A DNA stretch of 64,000 nt from Mobula hypostoma (GCF_963921235.1 NC_086097.1:100194001-100258000); one strand, 5' to 3'; counted from the stretch's first letter, positions 1-13,006 are shown. A program made the numbers and translations. The notes: generated by a model from the sequence alone, not told the origin.

Positions 1-599
1 GTTAATGGTAGGTGTTCATGGCATGAAAAAATTTGGGAACCTCTAATATAAACCATTGGTTCTGGAAGCAGGCCTGAAATCCTCGAGTGGATTGCTATTG
101 AATCAACACCATCTGCAGACTTGTTAGTGACCTATTTGGTTAAATAGTCGAGCCATCTGAAAAAAGTTAAATCACTGACCTAAGGCCCTGTCTGCTTACT
201 CTTCTCGTACGACAGACTTAGTGTTCCAGGAATCCAGCTGGTGAACCTTTGCTGTTACTGGCCTTGGACCCTGCAATGGTCAACACTTGGTTGCTCGAGA
301 GCCTTTGGACTAGGCCTTGTGCAGCAACCATTTTGTGCTGCAAGAGGAGGAGTGTGCTGGTTGTGCTAGACTGAGTGTGCTTGCCATAATGAATGGCAAC
401 GTGTTCACAGTATGAGCTGAGTTTGAGGCTTGCAGCTGTGAGAAATGTCTCACCGCCTTAATGGATGTATGTGAGGTCCCGGCCCTGACCTGAATGGCAA
501 CTGTGGGTAGCTGTGTGATGGGGTGGTGGTCACTGCACTGCTGGTATATTGCTTCCAATAAATGTGAGCTTGCAAAGCAGTTAAACTTGTTAATGATAA

Positions 600-960
600 G
601 CCTGAGGAGTTCTGCAGATGCTGGAAATCCATAGCAACACAGATAAAACGCAGGAGGAACTCAACAGGTCAGGTAGCATCTATGGAAACGAATAAACATG
701 AAGTTTTAGGCCAAGACCCTTCCTCAGAACTAGAAAGGAAGAGGGAAGATGCCAGAATAAAAAGGTGGGAAAACGGGAAGGAGGACTAGCTAGAAGGTGA
801 TAGGTGAAGCCAAGTGGGTGGAAAAGGTTAAAGGGCTGGAGAGAAAGGAATTTGATAGGAGAGGACTGTGGTCCTTGGGAGAAGGAGAGGCACTGGGGGG
901 TGGGGTGATAGGCAAGTGAGGAGAAGAGGTAAGAGGCCATAGTGATGAATAGAAGAAAAG
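600..960 (-). mobile_element. Penelope-like element terminal (pLTR) fragment
   Basis: Terminus tctgcagatgctggaaat...ctcaacaggtcaggtagcatc is shared with the element at 59.9-61.4 kb. Degenerate hammerhead and purine-rich body. Confidence 0.6.
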
Positions 961-1209
961 AGAAAGGGGGGGAGCGGAATCAGGCATGGTGGTTGTCAGA
1001 GGGCAGCAGAGATCACAGAGAGGGAGCAGTAACAGAGGGTGTCACTGAATTCCTGTCGATAAGAAGACTGAAATTTCAAGCCCTATCCATAGCCTTAGGG
1101 CTTGCCTCCCTGTATTTGATTGACTCACCAGCTCTTGGTCTACCTCACTGATTGCAAGGTCGTTCAGACCTTCTGTCAGTGTGAGTCATACTTCACCTGA
1201 CATACCAAG

Positions 1210-2470
1210 ATTTGAAAAGCCACATCAGAAAAGCCATTGCTGAAAAATCCGTCCCTTGTCAGTGGATTGATGGAGTACCTGGTAGGGCACTGAAAACCTG
1301 TGCCAAACACTGCCAGTGGTGTTCAAGGACACCTTCAATCTCTCACTGCTGCAGTCGGAGACTCCCACCTGCTTTGGAAGGGTGACAGTCATACCAGTGC
1401 CCAGGAAGAGCAGTTTGAGCTGCCTCAGTGACCAACACCCAGTTGCACTCACATCTACTGTGATGAAGTCTTTGTGAGGTTGGTCACGGCCAGAATCAAC
1501 TCCTGCCTGAGCAAGGCCTGGAGTTGCTGCAATTCCCCTATCGCCACAATAATCTGCAGTGGATACAATCTCACTGGCTCTCCACCCAGCCTGGAATCAC
1601 CTGGACAATAGCAATGCCTGCCTCAGGCTGCTGTTTATTGACTACAGCTCAGCATTCAACTCAATCGTACCCTCAGTTCTAATCAACAAGCTGCAAAACC
1701 TGGGGCTCTGCAACTGGATCCTTGACTTCTCACTGGGAGACCTCAATCTCTGTGGATCAGAAAGAACATCTCACTGACAATCAACAGTGGTGCACCATGA
1801 GAACGTGTGCTTAGCCCACTTCTCTGCTCTGCTCTCCACCCACAACTGAGGCTAGGCACAACTCAAATGCCATCTATAAGTTTGCTGATGACACAACGAT
1901 TGTTGATGAGGAGGTGCACAGGAGTGAGAAAGATCAGCTGGTTGAGTGGTGTTGCGATAACAATCTTGTACTCAGTGTCAGTAGGACCAAGGAATTGATT
2001 GTGGACTCAGGAAGGGGAAGTTAAGGAAGCACACAATAGGTTCTCATTGGGGGATCAGTGGTGGAAAGGGTGAGCAGTTTCAGTTTCCTGGGTGTCAACA
2101 TCTCAGAAGATCTATCCTGGGCCCAGCACGTTGATACACAACAGCAGCTATATTTCATTAGGAGTTTGAGGAGATTTGGTATGTCATCCAAGACTCATAA
2201 ATTTCTACAGTTGTACTGTGGAGAGCGATCTGACTGGCTGCATCACCGTCTGGGATGGAGGGGCCCTGCACAGGATCAGAAAAAGCTGCGGAAAGTTACA
2301 AACTCAGCCAGCATCAAGGACAAACCTTCAAAAGGCAGTGCCTCAAGAAGGCAGCATCCAATCTTCAGGACCCCATCACCCAGGACGAACCCTCTTTTTA
2401 TTGTTACAATCAAGGAGGAAGTACAGGAAAGGAGCCTGAAGGCACACTCTCAACAACTATTCAATGTCCA
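1210..2470 (+). mobile_element. Degenerate Rex1/Babar-like non-LTR retrotransposon (RT to 3' end)
   Basis: ORF pieces LRLLFIDYSSAFNSIVP, VERVSSFSFLGVNISEDLSW and FYSCTVES, with several frameshifts. Confidence 0.8.
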
Positions 2471-2471
2471 T

Positions 2472-3565
2472 TCAGGAATCAGAAGGCAGAGGGAACGAAT
2501 CTGTTCCTGAAACACTGAGTGTGTGTCTTCAGCCTTCTGTATCTCCTTCCTGATGGCAACAATGAGAAGAGAGCATGTCCTGGGTAGTGGGTGTCCTTAA
2601 TAATGGACGCCACCTTCCTGAGGCACCGCTCCTTGGTGGTGTCTTGGGTACTACTGAGGCTAGTACCCATGATGGAGCTGACTAATTTTACCACTCTCTG
2701 CGGCTTACCTTGATCCTGTGCTGTACCCCCCAACCCCCATACCAGACAGTGATGCAGCCAGTCAGAATGCTCTCCACAGAACATCTGTAGAAGTTTTCGA
2801 GTACTTTGGGTACCAAACCAAATCTCTTCAAACTCCTGATGAAATATAGCCACTGTCTTGCCTTCTTTATAGCTGCATCAATATGTTGTGTTCAGGTTAG
2901 GTCCTCAGAGATATTGGCACCCAGGATCTTGAAGTTTCTCACTCTCTCCACTCCTGATCCCTCTATGAAGATTGGTTTGTGTTCCTTCACCTTACCCTTC
3001 CTGAAGTCCACAATCAGGTTTTTGGTCTTACTGATGTTAAGTGCCAGGTTGTTGCTGCGACACAACTCCACTAGCTGGTACATCTCGCTCCTGTACACCC
3101 TCTTGTCACCATCTGAGATTCTGCCAACAATGGTTGCATCATCAGTAAATCTATAGATGACACTTGAGCTATGCCTAGCCACGCATTTGTGGGTGTAGAG
3201 AGAGTGGAGCAGTGGGCTAGGCACAGGTTTTTGAGGTACACCGGTGTTGACTATCAGCAAGGTGGAGATGTTACTTCTGATCCGCACAGATTGTGGTCTT
3301 CCGTTTAGGAAGTTGAGGATCCAGTTGCAGAGGGAGGGACAGAGCCTGGGTTCTGTAGCTTTATGGCCAGGACTGTAGCAATGATGGTGTTAAATGCTGA
3401 GCTATAGTATAGGCAATAGACAGCATTGTAACATACCTGTAGGTATTTGTTTTGTCCAGGTGATTTTGTGTGGAGAGCCAATGAGATTGCATCCATGTAG
3501 ACCTGTTGTGGTGATAGATTACAATGGTCCCAGATCCTTGCTGAGGCAGGAGTTTGTTCTTTCTG
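2472..3565 (-). mobile_element. Degenerate Rex1/Babar-like retrotransposon, tail-to-tail with the previous copy
   Basis: Minus-strand ORFs with [25 protein letters not shown] and HALFSLLPSGRRYR. Confidence 0.82.
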
Positions 3566-4119
3566 GGGTTCCTGAAAGTTTCAGTGACTGTAACTGTCCA
3601 ATGGTCTCCAAGAAGGATGTACACTAGCTGGAGAAGGATACTCCTCAAATAATTATACCTGTCCCAACAGTTTTACTTCTGAAATGAGAAGGCTGAGAGG
3701 TGACATGTTGGAGCTCTTTAAGATAATGAATGGGAGGTAGTGAAATGGTTTCCATTTGCAGAAGAGACTGGAGCTCGAGCTAATAAATTCAAGCAGGTAA
3801 TTTAGTAGAACTCTTATTCCCCAGAGAATGCTTCGTTTAAAGTTATAGTGAAAAGTCAAGTTTATTATCATACGCACACGTACAGTATTGTGAAAAAGTC
3901 TTAGGGAGATATATATATATATAGTTAGGGTGTCTAAGACTTTTACTCTTACTATAAGCTGTTTTTATACCATTTCCTGTGTGGGTTAATTTTGATTTGA
4001 TTTGAAGCACACGGTAGAAAGACATCCATCTCTATCCTCTCTTTATTTGCTCTTGAGTCTTCAGTTTTTGTTCAGTTTTGGGGAGTGGACTCGATGGGCT
4101 GAACAGCCTAATTCTGATC

Positions 4120-4760
4120 ATAAGTCTTATGGTCTTAAGGTCTTACAATGTCCATATCCCTCCATTCTGTGCACAGTTATGTGTCTAAATGCAAACTCTT
4201 AAATGCTTCTATTAAATTTGCTCATGTATCCACCCTGGCACCTGGGAGTGCATCCTGGGCACCTACAACTCTCTGTAATTAAAAAAAAAGCTTGCCCCGC
4301 TCATCTCTTCTGAACTTGCCTTTCTCACCTCAAATGCATGCTCTCTAATGTTCAACATTTTGGCCCCAGGAGAAAGATACTGACTGTCTGCTCTATCAAT
4401 ATCTCTCGTGACCTGTTAGATTTCTGTTTGGTCTCCCCTCAGCCTTCACTGTTCCAAGTGTGTCCAACATCTTCTTATAATACCTCTCTCTAATCCAGGA
4501 AGCACCCTGGTAAACCACTTCTGCACCCTTTCTAAATCCTCCGTGTTTTTCCCATAATGAGCAACAGAACTGAATGCAATACTAAAGATGTGGCCAAACC
4601 AGAGTTTTGTAAAGCTCCAACATAACTTCCTGACTCTTGAACTTGATTAATAGAGGCAAGCATGTATCATCTTTGTCACCTTATCAACCTGTACAGCCAC
4701 AGCCAGGGAGCTGTGGACTTGCACGCCTAGATTGCTCTGTCCATCAATACTGTTAAGGAC
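4120..4760 (-). mobile_element. Old CR1 LINE 3' fragment(s)
   Basis: Minus-strand peptide LGVQVHSSLAVAVQVDKV; similar to the other CR1 copies in the window. Confidence 0.6.
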
Positions 4761-4943
4761 GTTTGATCTGAGCTTCAAAGCTTGAAGTACCATCCACAAA
4801 AACAATCCTAGCCTTGACCTTCTCTGCATACCAATCTCTATTCAGGTCCTTGGAAGTGTAACTGTCTCTCAGATCCATGTCTGTTTCCTTCAGAATGCCA
4901 TCTTTGAAACCCTCATAGGAATATATTCATGTTCCTTTCACAG

Positions 4944-5071
4944 AAGGAGAGATCACCCTAAAAAGAGATGGCGTGTCAGCTGAAGGAACCACTTTGGAAG
5001 CCCTGCTACGTGGGGAGGCACTGGAGAAAAGAAATGATTCTAAAGAAGATGAAACTCTCAACGAAATTCAG
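4944..5071 (+). CDS. DPF3: DPF3 coding exon (region after the requiem/N-terminal domain), 128 nt
   Basis: Bounded by ttcctttcacag| and |gtcagt. Translates (E)GEITLKRDGVSAEGTTLEALLRGEALEKRNDSKEDETLNEIQ, matching the DPF3 'TTLEALLRGE...EIQ' segment. Ends in phase 0. Confidence 0.93.
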
Positions 5072-6515
5072 GTCAGTCACTTTTATCCAATCAGAGAGTT
5101 GCTCCCCGTGGCATTGTTCACCTTTTGATCCATTATGCTCAGGGTTATGTGTTAGGTGTCCCCAGGTTACACTGGAGTTTCAGTCCTTTCAACTACTTGC
5201 AACTACTTGCTAGTTATGAACAGAAGCCTGAAGTCCCATGCCACCAGGTTCAAGAACGGCCACTTCCCTTCAACCTGATCAGTTCTTGAATCAACTGGCA
5301 CAACTCTAGAATTAACTCTAGTCACTAGAGTTTAGCAGCATGATGAGCACTTGGATCATTTTGCACTAAAATAGGCTTTATTTTCTGTCCTAATTGCGTT
5401 CTTTCATGTAAAAGCTGTGTATAATTTGGTTAATTTCTGTTTTTCTTGTGAATGCTGCTTATCTGATCCTGTGCCTGTGATGCTGTTACAAGTAAGTTCT
5501 TCATTACACCTGTGCATACGTGTACTTGTACACATGACAATGAACTCAACTTGGACTTTGAGTAAAGTTTCCACACAGCAGGAGGTGACTCCAGTCCTGC
5601 AGCAGCCAGCAGATCTGTGCCACGGGTCTCCCAGACACTCTCTCATATGTACCAGCTCTATATAAGTTGAATGTCCATAAGCTGGGGTGGACCTGTAGTT
5701 ATCAGGATTATTACATTTAGCAGACTTCTTATTATCAATCCATTTACTAGGAACATTAATTCAAGAGCTAAAATTTTTCTGGCAATGGAAATATGAAATA
5801 TGAAAAGGAGCTCTAGGAGGTTCTCAGCGGGTTGGTACCATTTGTGGAGGAATATGCACAGTTAACGTTTCAAATCCATGGTCTTTCATCAAATTGATCC
5901 TGATGAGACACCATTGAATAGAAATATTGACTCTGTTTCTCTCTCTACAGATGCTGCTTGTCCTGCTGAGTGTTGCCAACAACTGTTTCTAATTTACAAT
6001 AAATTTTAGAGTCAATTTAAAAACAGAAAATGGTGGAAACTTTTCAGCAGATCAGGCAGCATCAGTGTTAATGTTAACTGTGTGTTTCTTTCCACAGACA
6101 CTGCCTGACCTGCTGAGTGTTTCCAGCATTATATATTCTTATTTCTAATTTCTGGCATCTGCAGTTTTTTATTTTCTTTATTAATTTGGATTATTTCATT
6201 ATGTTTTTTTTTCCAATTGGAGGGATTATTTGGTTAGTTTTCCAGTCACTTTCAACTGAGAACGTGAGCAGTCAATTCCATACATTGATCAGTGCTTTCT
6301 TTGCCTTGTTAGTTGCCACCGCCAAGCTGGACCATGCAGACAAAATTTCTCCGTTCCCCATTATCCTAGAACTGTGTGAGGCAAGTTTCTCAATCCAAAA
6401 AAAAATCCCTCAATGCCACCTGATTGGCATTGAGATGCAAAACATCCCTTCTTCCCTTGTTAGTTTCTGTATAGGAACACAACAACTCATCTGAGCTGCT
6501 GAGTTTCTTTGGCAT

Positions 6516-6743
6516 TGTAGTAACCTCTACTTTGAAAAAGGCACACTCGAGAACTTCATGCCAAAGAAACAACTTTATCTTGAACTTCAAAACTGTTATG
6601 TATGTACAGAGGCTTTTCACAACCCGTACAGCATGGCAGGGACAGTATATACAAAGCACACCGGAAGTAAAAAGAACGGAAGTAAAACCCCCCATTATCC
6701 TAATTAGTATTAACTTACTTTTAATAATGCTCACATTACAACA
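6516..6743 (-). mobile_element. Solo LTR (228 bp) with a 5-bp TSD
   Basis: GGCAT|TGTAGTAA...TTACAACA|GGCAT: TG..CA ends, imperfect terminal inverted repeat and a perfect TSD. The minus strand carries ETS sites, then TATATA, then ATAAA. Confidence 0.8.
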
Positions 6744-6889
6744 GGCATGACCTCCACTACCAGATGTAAGGTATGAAGCTGTGAATTAATGACTGGAATC
6801 CCTCTCCCACTTTCAGAACTTTGGTGCAGATGCCATCTGTTCCTGTGGTCTTGCTTTTCAGTTGACAAATGGCCTTTTTGATTTATCAA

Positions 6890-7420
6890 ATAAAGTTTAT
6901 TGTCATGTGCACAGCTACAGTGAGATTCAAGTACAATGGAAAACTTGCTTACAGTAGCATCACAGGTAGGTAGGTTCATATAACACAAAGTTTAGATTAT
7001 ACATGGCAAAGAAAAAGGTTTGGAAAACAAGACATCAGTACGAGAAAAACACAACTAGATACAAGTCGACGGTATTTACAAGAAAGTGGTTCATTGTTTC
7101 ATTGCTGAGGTAGGTTTAGGTTTGTGTAGGTCAGTTCAAGAACCTGATGCTTGTTGGAAAGTACCTGTTCTGGAACCTAGTATGTGGGACTTCAGGCTCC
7201 TGTATCTCCTGTCTGATGGTAGCTGCAAGAAAAGAGCATGAGCCTGGTGGTGGGAATCCTTGATGATAGGTGCTGCCTCTTTCAGGGAATGGTACCTGTA
7301 GATGCTGTCAGTGATGGAGAGGGCTGAGCAGCCTCTTGCATTCCTGTGCATTGGAATTGCCCTACCGGTCCACGATGCAGACGTCAGGATACTTTCAACA
7401 GTGTACCTGTGCAAGTTGGA
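6890..7420 (-). mobile_element. Rex1/Babar-like 3' fragment
   Basis: Peptide YTVESILT...IIKDSHHQAHALFLQLPSDRRYRSLK. Confidence 0.7.
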
Positions 7421-7599
7421 GATCTTTCAGTCTGGCACAACAGCCAAAGTGGACTGGATAACTCATTAGGAAATGGAGCTGAGGACACCATGGCCTAGAT
7501 GTGGTCATGGTGAGTGTGCTCCTTCCAGCATTTCTTTCTGCACTTGTGTCTTTGAGAAGTTGCTCTGGGCTACCAGTGGCATAGGTAGCCTTTGGACGT

Positions 7600-7990
7600 A
7601 CATGACCAGACAATATGCGAGAGTCCACGTACAGCGTGTCATAGTTATCAATACGCTGCTGGGCTTCCTGACCTCTGTCCTCCTACTCACTGTCCCTGAG
7701 CTCACAGTTTTCTGTGGAAGCATGATCTTTGAGACGTGGTGAAGTGTACACTGTAGAAAGGCCCAATGTTCATGTTTAATTACTTCTTGGTTCTCCAGAT
7801 CATTTTCATCCAACCAGACCTGGTGTTTGTTAGTGGAGATGCTAAGCCTGTTTGCAGGTGCTAACAGATGGACTCCAGGGCAGATCTGACACTCTGCAGC
7901 TCCCGGCTGAATGTTCAACAGTGAGGCATTATCTGAGGGCAGCTGTCTTTGTGGGGTCCTTGAGAGCTTCAACATTGGTGTTCTTGTTTC
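7600..7990 (-). mobile_element. RTE-clade LINE fragment
   Basis: KHQVWLDENDLENQEVI resembles the RTE/BovB linker motif KHQDWFDEND. Confidence 0.5.
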
Positions 7991-9789
7991 TGTATTTATT
8001 TTCAAATTGCTAATTTATTCATAAACTTCACAAATACATAATGCAGTGTGTTTATAATTCTCCCTCTCATTAAGAGGAGCATCATTCCATGTGTACGTAT
8101 ATTCAAAGTGACATCAACTTTCCTTCATCAATGTTCCTGTAAGTGATGGTCAGAGAGCTTGTATACTGGGTGCAAATCCTTGTGCTGGAGGAACCTAGCA
8201 GATCAGACAGAATCTCTAAAGGCCGAGGCCCTTGAACCTGATGGCATCAACTTTGATTTCTTTAACTTCTGATACCCATACCCCTGTGTTTTCCTCTCCC
8301 TCCCATTCTTCTCCCACATTCCTGCGGCCCCCTCACCCCTTCTCCTCCTTTCTCATCCCCTTATTATCCATCTCTGGTTCCCCATTTCCCTCCCTTATTC
8401 CCATTGTTTATTGTCCTCTCCCCCTCCTTTGTCCCTTTGCCTTCCCACTTATCACCTCCTAGCTTCTCCCATCATTCCCTTTATCTCCTGTCCCCCTCCC
8501 CCTCCCACCTGCCTTCCCCCTCTCACCTATTAGCTGCTAGATTGAGTCCCTCCTCTCCCCCCACCACCTTATTCTGGCTTCCAGTCTCGATGAGGGGTTT
8601 GGCCCTCAACGTCAGCTGTTCATTTCCTCTGTAGATACAGCCTGACCTGCTGACATTCGGTGTGTTGCTCAAGGCGTCCAGCCCTTGCAGCATTTCTTGT
8701 GCCTCGGTGTGTGTGGTGTGATGGCTTTAAACAGGGGCTTTGCCCCATTGAGCTTCTGTGGTGGATACAGCAGGCCTCAGTGTGTCCGTGTTCCACCATA
8801 TGGGCATGTGCCAGTTGGCACTGTTCTGTCTGCCTGTGGAAGTCCACCTAAGTTCAGAAAACCAAAGAATGCTTTTCACCAATTTGATGATCTTCCAGCA
8901 CCAGCTGGAGTTTGCCTCAGTGTGCATCCTTGGAGCAAGCTGCCAGTATCATGTAGGTGTTTTGGATACACGTGGATAAAGACTACTGCATCCCTTTCCA
9001 GATCTTTTGGGAAAATGCACATTCCAGAAGAAGATGAATGATGGTCTCCCAACCAATGTTCTCTCTAAGGTACCCTAACCACCTTCACTGCACCCAAGGG
9101 CAAAATGATGCGGAAGGGGCCCTTACCTCCACCAACTAAGCGAAGTTTTGGTGCTGGTGCTTGTTTTAAAGTTGTGGCAGTGAAGCTTTAACAAAATAGC
9201 TTTGACAATCTACTTGGGAAGCCATGCCACAGAGACCAGCCTCTCCCGTCCCTGCAGTGCATCAAAGACTTTCTGTGCAGATCACTGTTTGATTGACTGT
9301 GGTCAAGATGTTCTCCTGGACAAAAATTTTGTAGTGGAATCTCATAGTATAACTGCATGAAACCTTTCTCTGCAATAAGATGGGCAGACCCATTCCTTCC
9401 AATATCATGCCCACGGTTCTCAGCAGAAAGTAGCATTTGATGTTTGAATATGCCTAATCTGGGGTAAATGCATTGCTTGATGTGACACAGTAGCCATCAG
9501 CATGAGGTCGATGTTGGGTTTATGTTTCCTCCCCCTCTCTCTGGAGGGGTGTACTCTTTTTGAGTAGGCTCACTTTGATACAGTCCAGGATAGAGTAACA
9601 GAGAGAACACCGCACACCAGCAGCACTCCTGTTTCTTTCATTGAAAAGACCACTTCATTCATGAAAAGTGCATCGACACAATGTGGACATGGCGTTTTCT
9701 TCATGTACCTCATGAAACGCTCCCTGATGTGGTCTGGTATGGAAACCCCAGTGCACAAGAATACAATAGAGAGTGGTGGACTCAAAATG

Positions 9790-10560
9790 GAAGGTGAATT
9801 TATTGTCATATGCACAATAACAATGAAAATCTTACTTACTGCAGTATCACAGGCTCAGACAACATTCACATTTTTCACAAAGAAGAGTACAACTAGAACA
9901 AAAACATGACACAATCCATTTTAGTGCAAAGTGATCACAGTGTTACCGAACTGTAGTCATTAGGGTTGTACTGGTTGGTTGAAGAACTCAAAGGTTGAAG
10001 TGAAGTAGCTGTTCTTGAACCTGATGGTGTGGGACTTCAGGCTTCTGTATCTCCTGCCCAATGATAGCTGCAAGAAGATGGTCTGGTGGGGATTTTTGCA
10101 ATACCACATGTGGGTACTGTACTACCAGTGGAGGGAGAGGTGTGCTCCTGATGTATAAGGCAAAGTCTCCTACATCTGAGATGCCCTACCAGACCATGAT
10201 GCAACCAGTCTGGACAGTTTGAAGAGTATACCTGTAGAAGTTTGTTAGGGTGCTCAGTAATAAGCCAAAGCTACTTAATGTTCTAAGGAAGTAAGGACAT
10301 TGGTGTTCCTTCCTTGTGATTGCACCTGTATGCCGGCTCCTAATCTGAAATTCTCCTCTGCTGATCTCACAACACAGTCTGTCACCCTCCATCCCCTTTC
10401 TGAAGTTAACAACCAACTCCGTAGATTTACGGGTGTTCAGTGAGAGGTTGTTGTTGCGTCCCCACTCACCCAGGTGTACTATCTCACCCTGACAAACTGA
10501 CTCATCGCCATCTGCAATTCTTCCAATGACAGCAGTGTCAAATGGGCGAATTTGTACATA
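9790..10560 (-). mobile_element. Rex1/Babar-like fragment
   Basis: Peptide DTAVIGRIADGDES...NNLSLN..KSTELVVNFRK...LTNFYRYT. Confidence 0.7.
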
Positions 10561-11374
10561 GCATTGGACCTTTGTTTTTCTGAACATAGCTGGACTTTCA
10601 GAGGCAGGATTTGTTCAAGACAGAACAGTGCCAACTGGTGCATTGCAAGGTGGTGGAACACATGCTGAGGAACACACTGAAGCCTGGTGTACCCACAACA
10701 TACCATCCTGTCATCTCAGACACTGTGCCCATGACTAAAGAGTCCCCTATCACTGCCACACTTTGCCCTACCTTGCTGTACAATAGAGTGTTAAATCAGC
10801 AACTGCTGCTGTTGCTGTTCTGCAAGAGGCCATCAATATTGAAATGTTATGTAGGAGGGAATAGCTGCGGGGGACTTCCGCACGACCTGCATGCACCTTC
10901 TGGTGCCCATCTAGGTAGCTGGCTGAACCTTTGGCACAACTACCTCCCTGAAACTCCTGTCGATGATGCTTTCTGTATGCTCCTCAGTAAATCCAGCTGC
11001 TGCTCCAGCCAGGCCATGTGGTCTGAGAGAAGCTGCTGTAGCTCGACACACTTTCTGCAGAGTCATCAGGGAAAATTAACCTCTTCCTGATCTCCCTCAT
11101 CTTGCATACCACACCTCTCCACTGACTGCCATTACTAACCCTCTCATAACAACTGGGTTAAGAAGAGGAAGGGCTTTAACTCACCTCATCACCACTCAGC
11201 ATTCTTCCTTGTCAAGACCTCTGCACCCTGATATCAGCTACAGCATAGGGACAGAGTTTACTCGTACTTGGAAAAGCATGATGCTATTAAGGCAAATCAG
11301 CAAGGCTTTGTGTGGGGAATGTCATACCCATACTCTCGTTGCCTGCGTGTGGCTCCAGACTCTAGCAACTAGAG

Positions 11375-11454
11375 CAGAGGCTCCCAACCTTTTTATGCCA
11401 AGGACCCCTACCATTAACCAAGGGGGTCCGTAGACCCCAGGTTGGGAACCTCTG
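11375..11454. mobile_element. About 80-bp hAT(Charlie)-type MITE
   Basis: TIRs cagaggctcccaacct / aggttgggaacctctg, preceded by aactagag. Same family as the copies at 12409 and 39214. Confidence 0.7.
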
Positions 11455-12189
11455 GTTTACAGTCTCTTGTGTCTCCACTGAACTGTTCTGTGTTCAGTGT
11501 AAACAAGTTAAACGTTTCATAGTTGACCCAGGTTAGCACTATATTTCAAGCTGGCCAGGGAGGAGTTTGTGTCTGTGCGCGGTGGGCCTGGAATTCCGTG
11601 TGGAATGCCTCACCATTGTCGCTGCTCCCATCCGGAACTAGCGAGGCACTTTGCCTGGCTTCTCTCCTTGGCTCCCACACTTGTTCTTGCCTGTGGCTGC
11701 ATACCTCCTTATTAGCTCCTGTCGACTGGATGACACACTGCCCCACTCACCTGCAGCTAGTTACGCACTTCTCCCTATTTCACTGCTAGCTGTAACGGAG
11801 GCCTGTAATGGATTAGAGGATACATGCTATAAATAGATGTTGGGAAAACTTGGAGCAGCCAAGGCTGAAAAGAAAGTTCTTAAATTGATAAGGTGGATAG
11901 TCAGGCTCTTCTCCCAGGGCAGGAATTCATGTACTTGTAGTAGAGGACATGCCTTCAAGGTGCGAGGGTGACATTTAAAAGAGGTGTGTTTCACACAGCA
12001 AGTAGTGGGTGTCTGGAATGGGCTGCTGGGGCCAGTCATGGAAAGCTGCACACTAAGAGGTGTTTAGATAGACACAATGATAGGCAGACAATGACCGATA
12101 CAGGCAGAGAAGAGTCTTGGTTTAATTCTGCAATGTGTTTGGTGTAAGTATTGTGGGCCGATGGGCCTGTTCCTGTGCTGTTCCACACA

Positions 12190-12751
12190 CTTTATTCAGT
12201 AGCCTCTGAGTGGACTGTATGTTCACAGCCTTCTGCTGCTGTAGCTCATCCACTTCAGTACTCAGTGATGCGTGGTGATTTACTTTGCCTTCCTGTCAGC
12301 TTGAAACAGTCTCCTCTGACCTCTCCCATTAGCAAGGCATTTTCACCCACAAAATTCACTCCCTGGGTGTTTTTAGTTTTTTTGCACCATTCTCTGTCCA
12401 CTCTAGAGCAGGGGTTTCCAAACTGGGGCCCATGCACCCCTCGGTGAATGGTGGGGGTCCATGGCATCAAAAAGGGCAGGGAACCCCTGCTCTGGATGCT
12501 GTTGTGCATGAAAATCTCAGGAGATCAGCAGTTTCTGAGATACTGAAATCACTCCATTTGTCGCCAACAATCATTCCACAGTCAAAGTCACTTAGATCAC
12601 ATTTCTTCCCCATTCTGAGGTTTGTTCTGAACCTCTTGACCATGTCTGCAAGCTTTTATGCATTGAGTTACTGCTTCATGATTGGCTGATTATATATTTG
12701 CATTAACGAGCAGGTGCACAGATGCACCTAATAAAATGGCCACTGCGTGTA
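12190..12751 (-). mobile_element. Non-autonomous Tc1 derivative (transposase N-terminus) carrying a nested hAT MITE at 12409-12489
   Basis: Reverse-complement match to 36781-37300. The MITE caggggtttcc...gaacccctg is flanked by ctctagag / ctctggat. Confidence 0.75.
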
Positions 12752-13006
12752 CATTGTTCTGTTGCAGTGAATAGAAAATATGCATAGTTACAGAGATAAG
12801 GAAGTTTCAGCAGTTGATCTATTGGGGGGGATGCAAGACCAGGGTCCTCACAGTTTTAAAGTAAGTTTTAACCCTTCATCGACCTTCCTTAATGATAGGT
12901 AAGTGTGATCTTGAAAGTGGAACAGACAGACAGATGAAAAGAATTGCAGTAATGCGGTGGGATGGAGGTGTTTCAAATAATTATTTATATCTTCTGTTGG
13001 CTGCAG

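Noticed and set aside
8690..10700. Short related segments at about 8780-8860 (-) and 10590-10690 (+), possibly Tx1/L1-like remnants
   Set aside because: Too decayed to classify without a database search.
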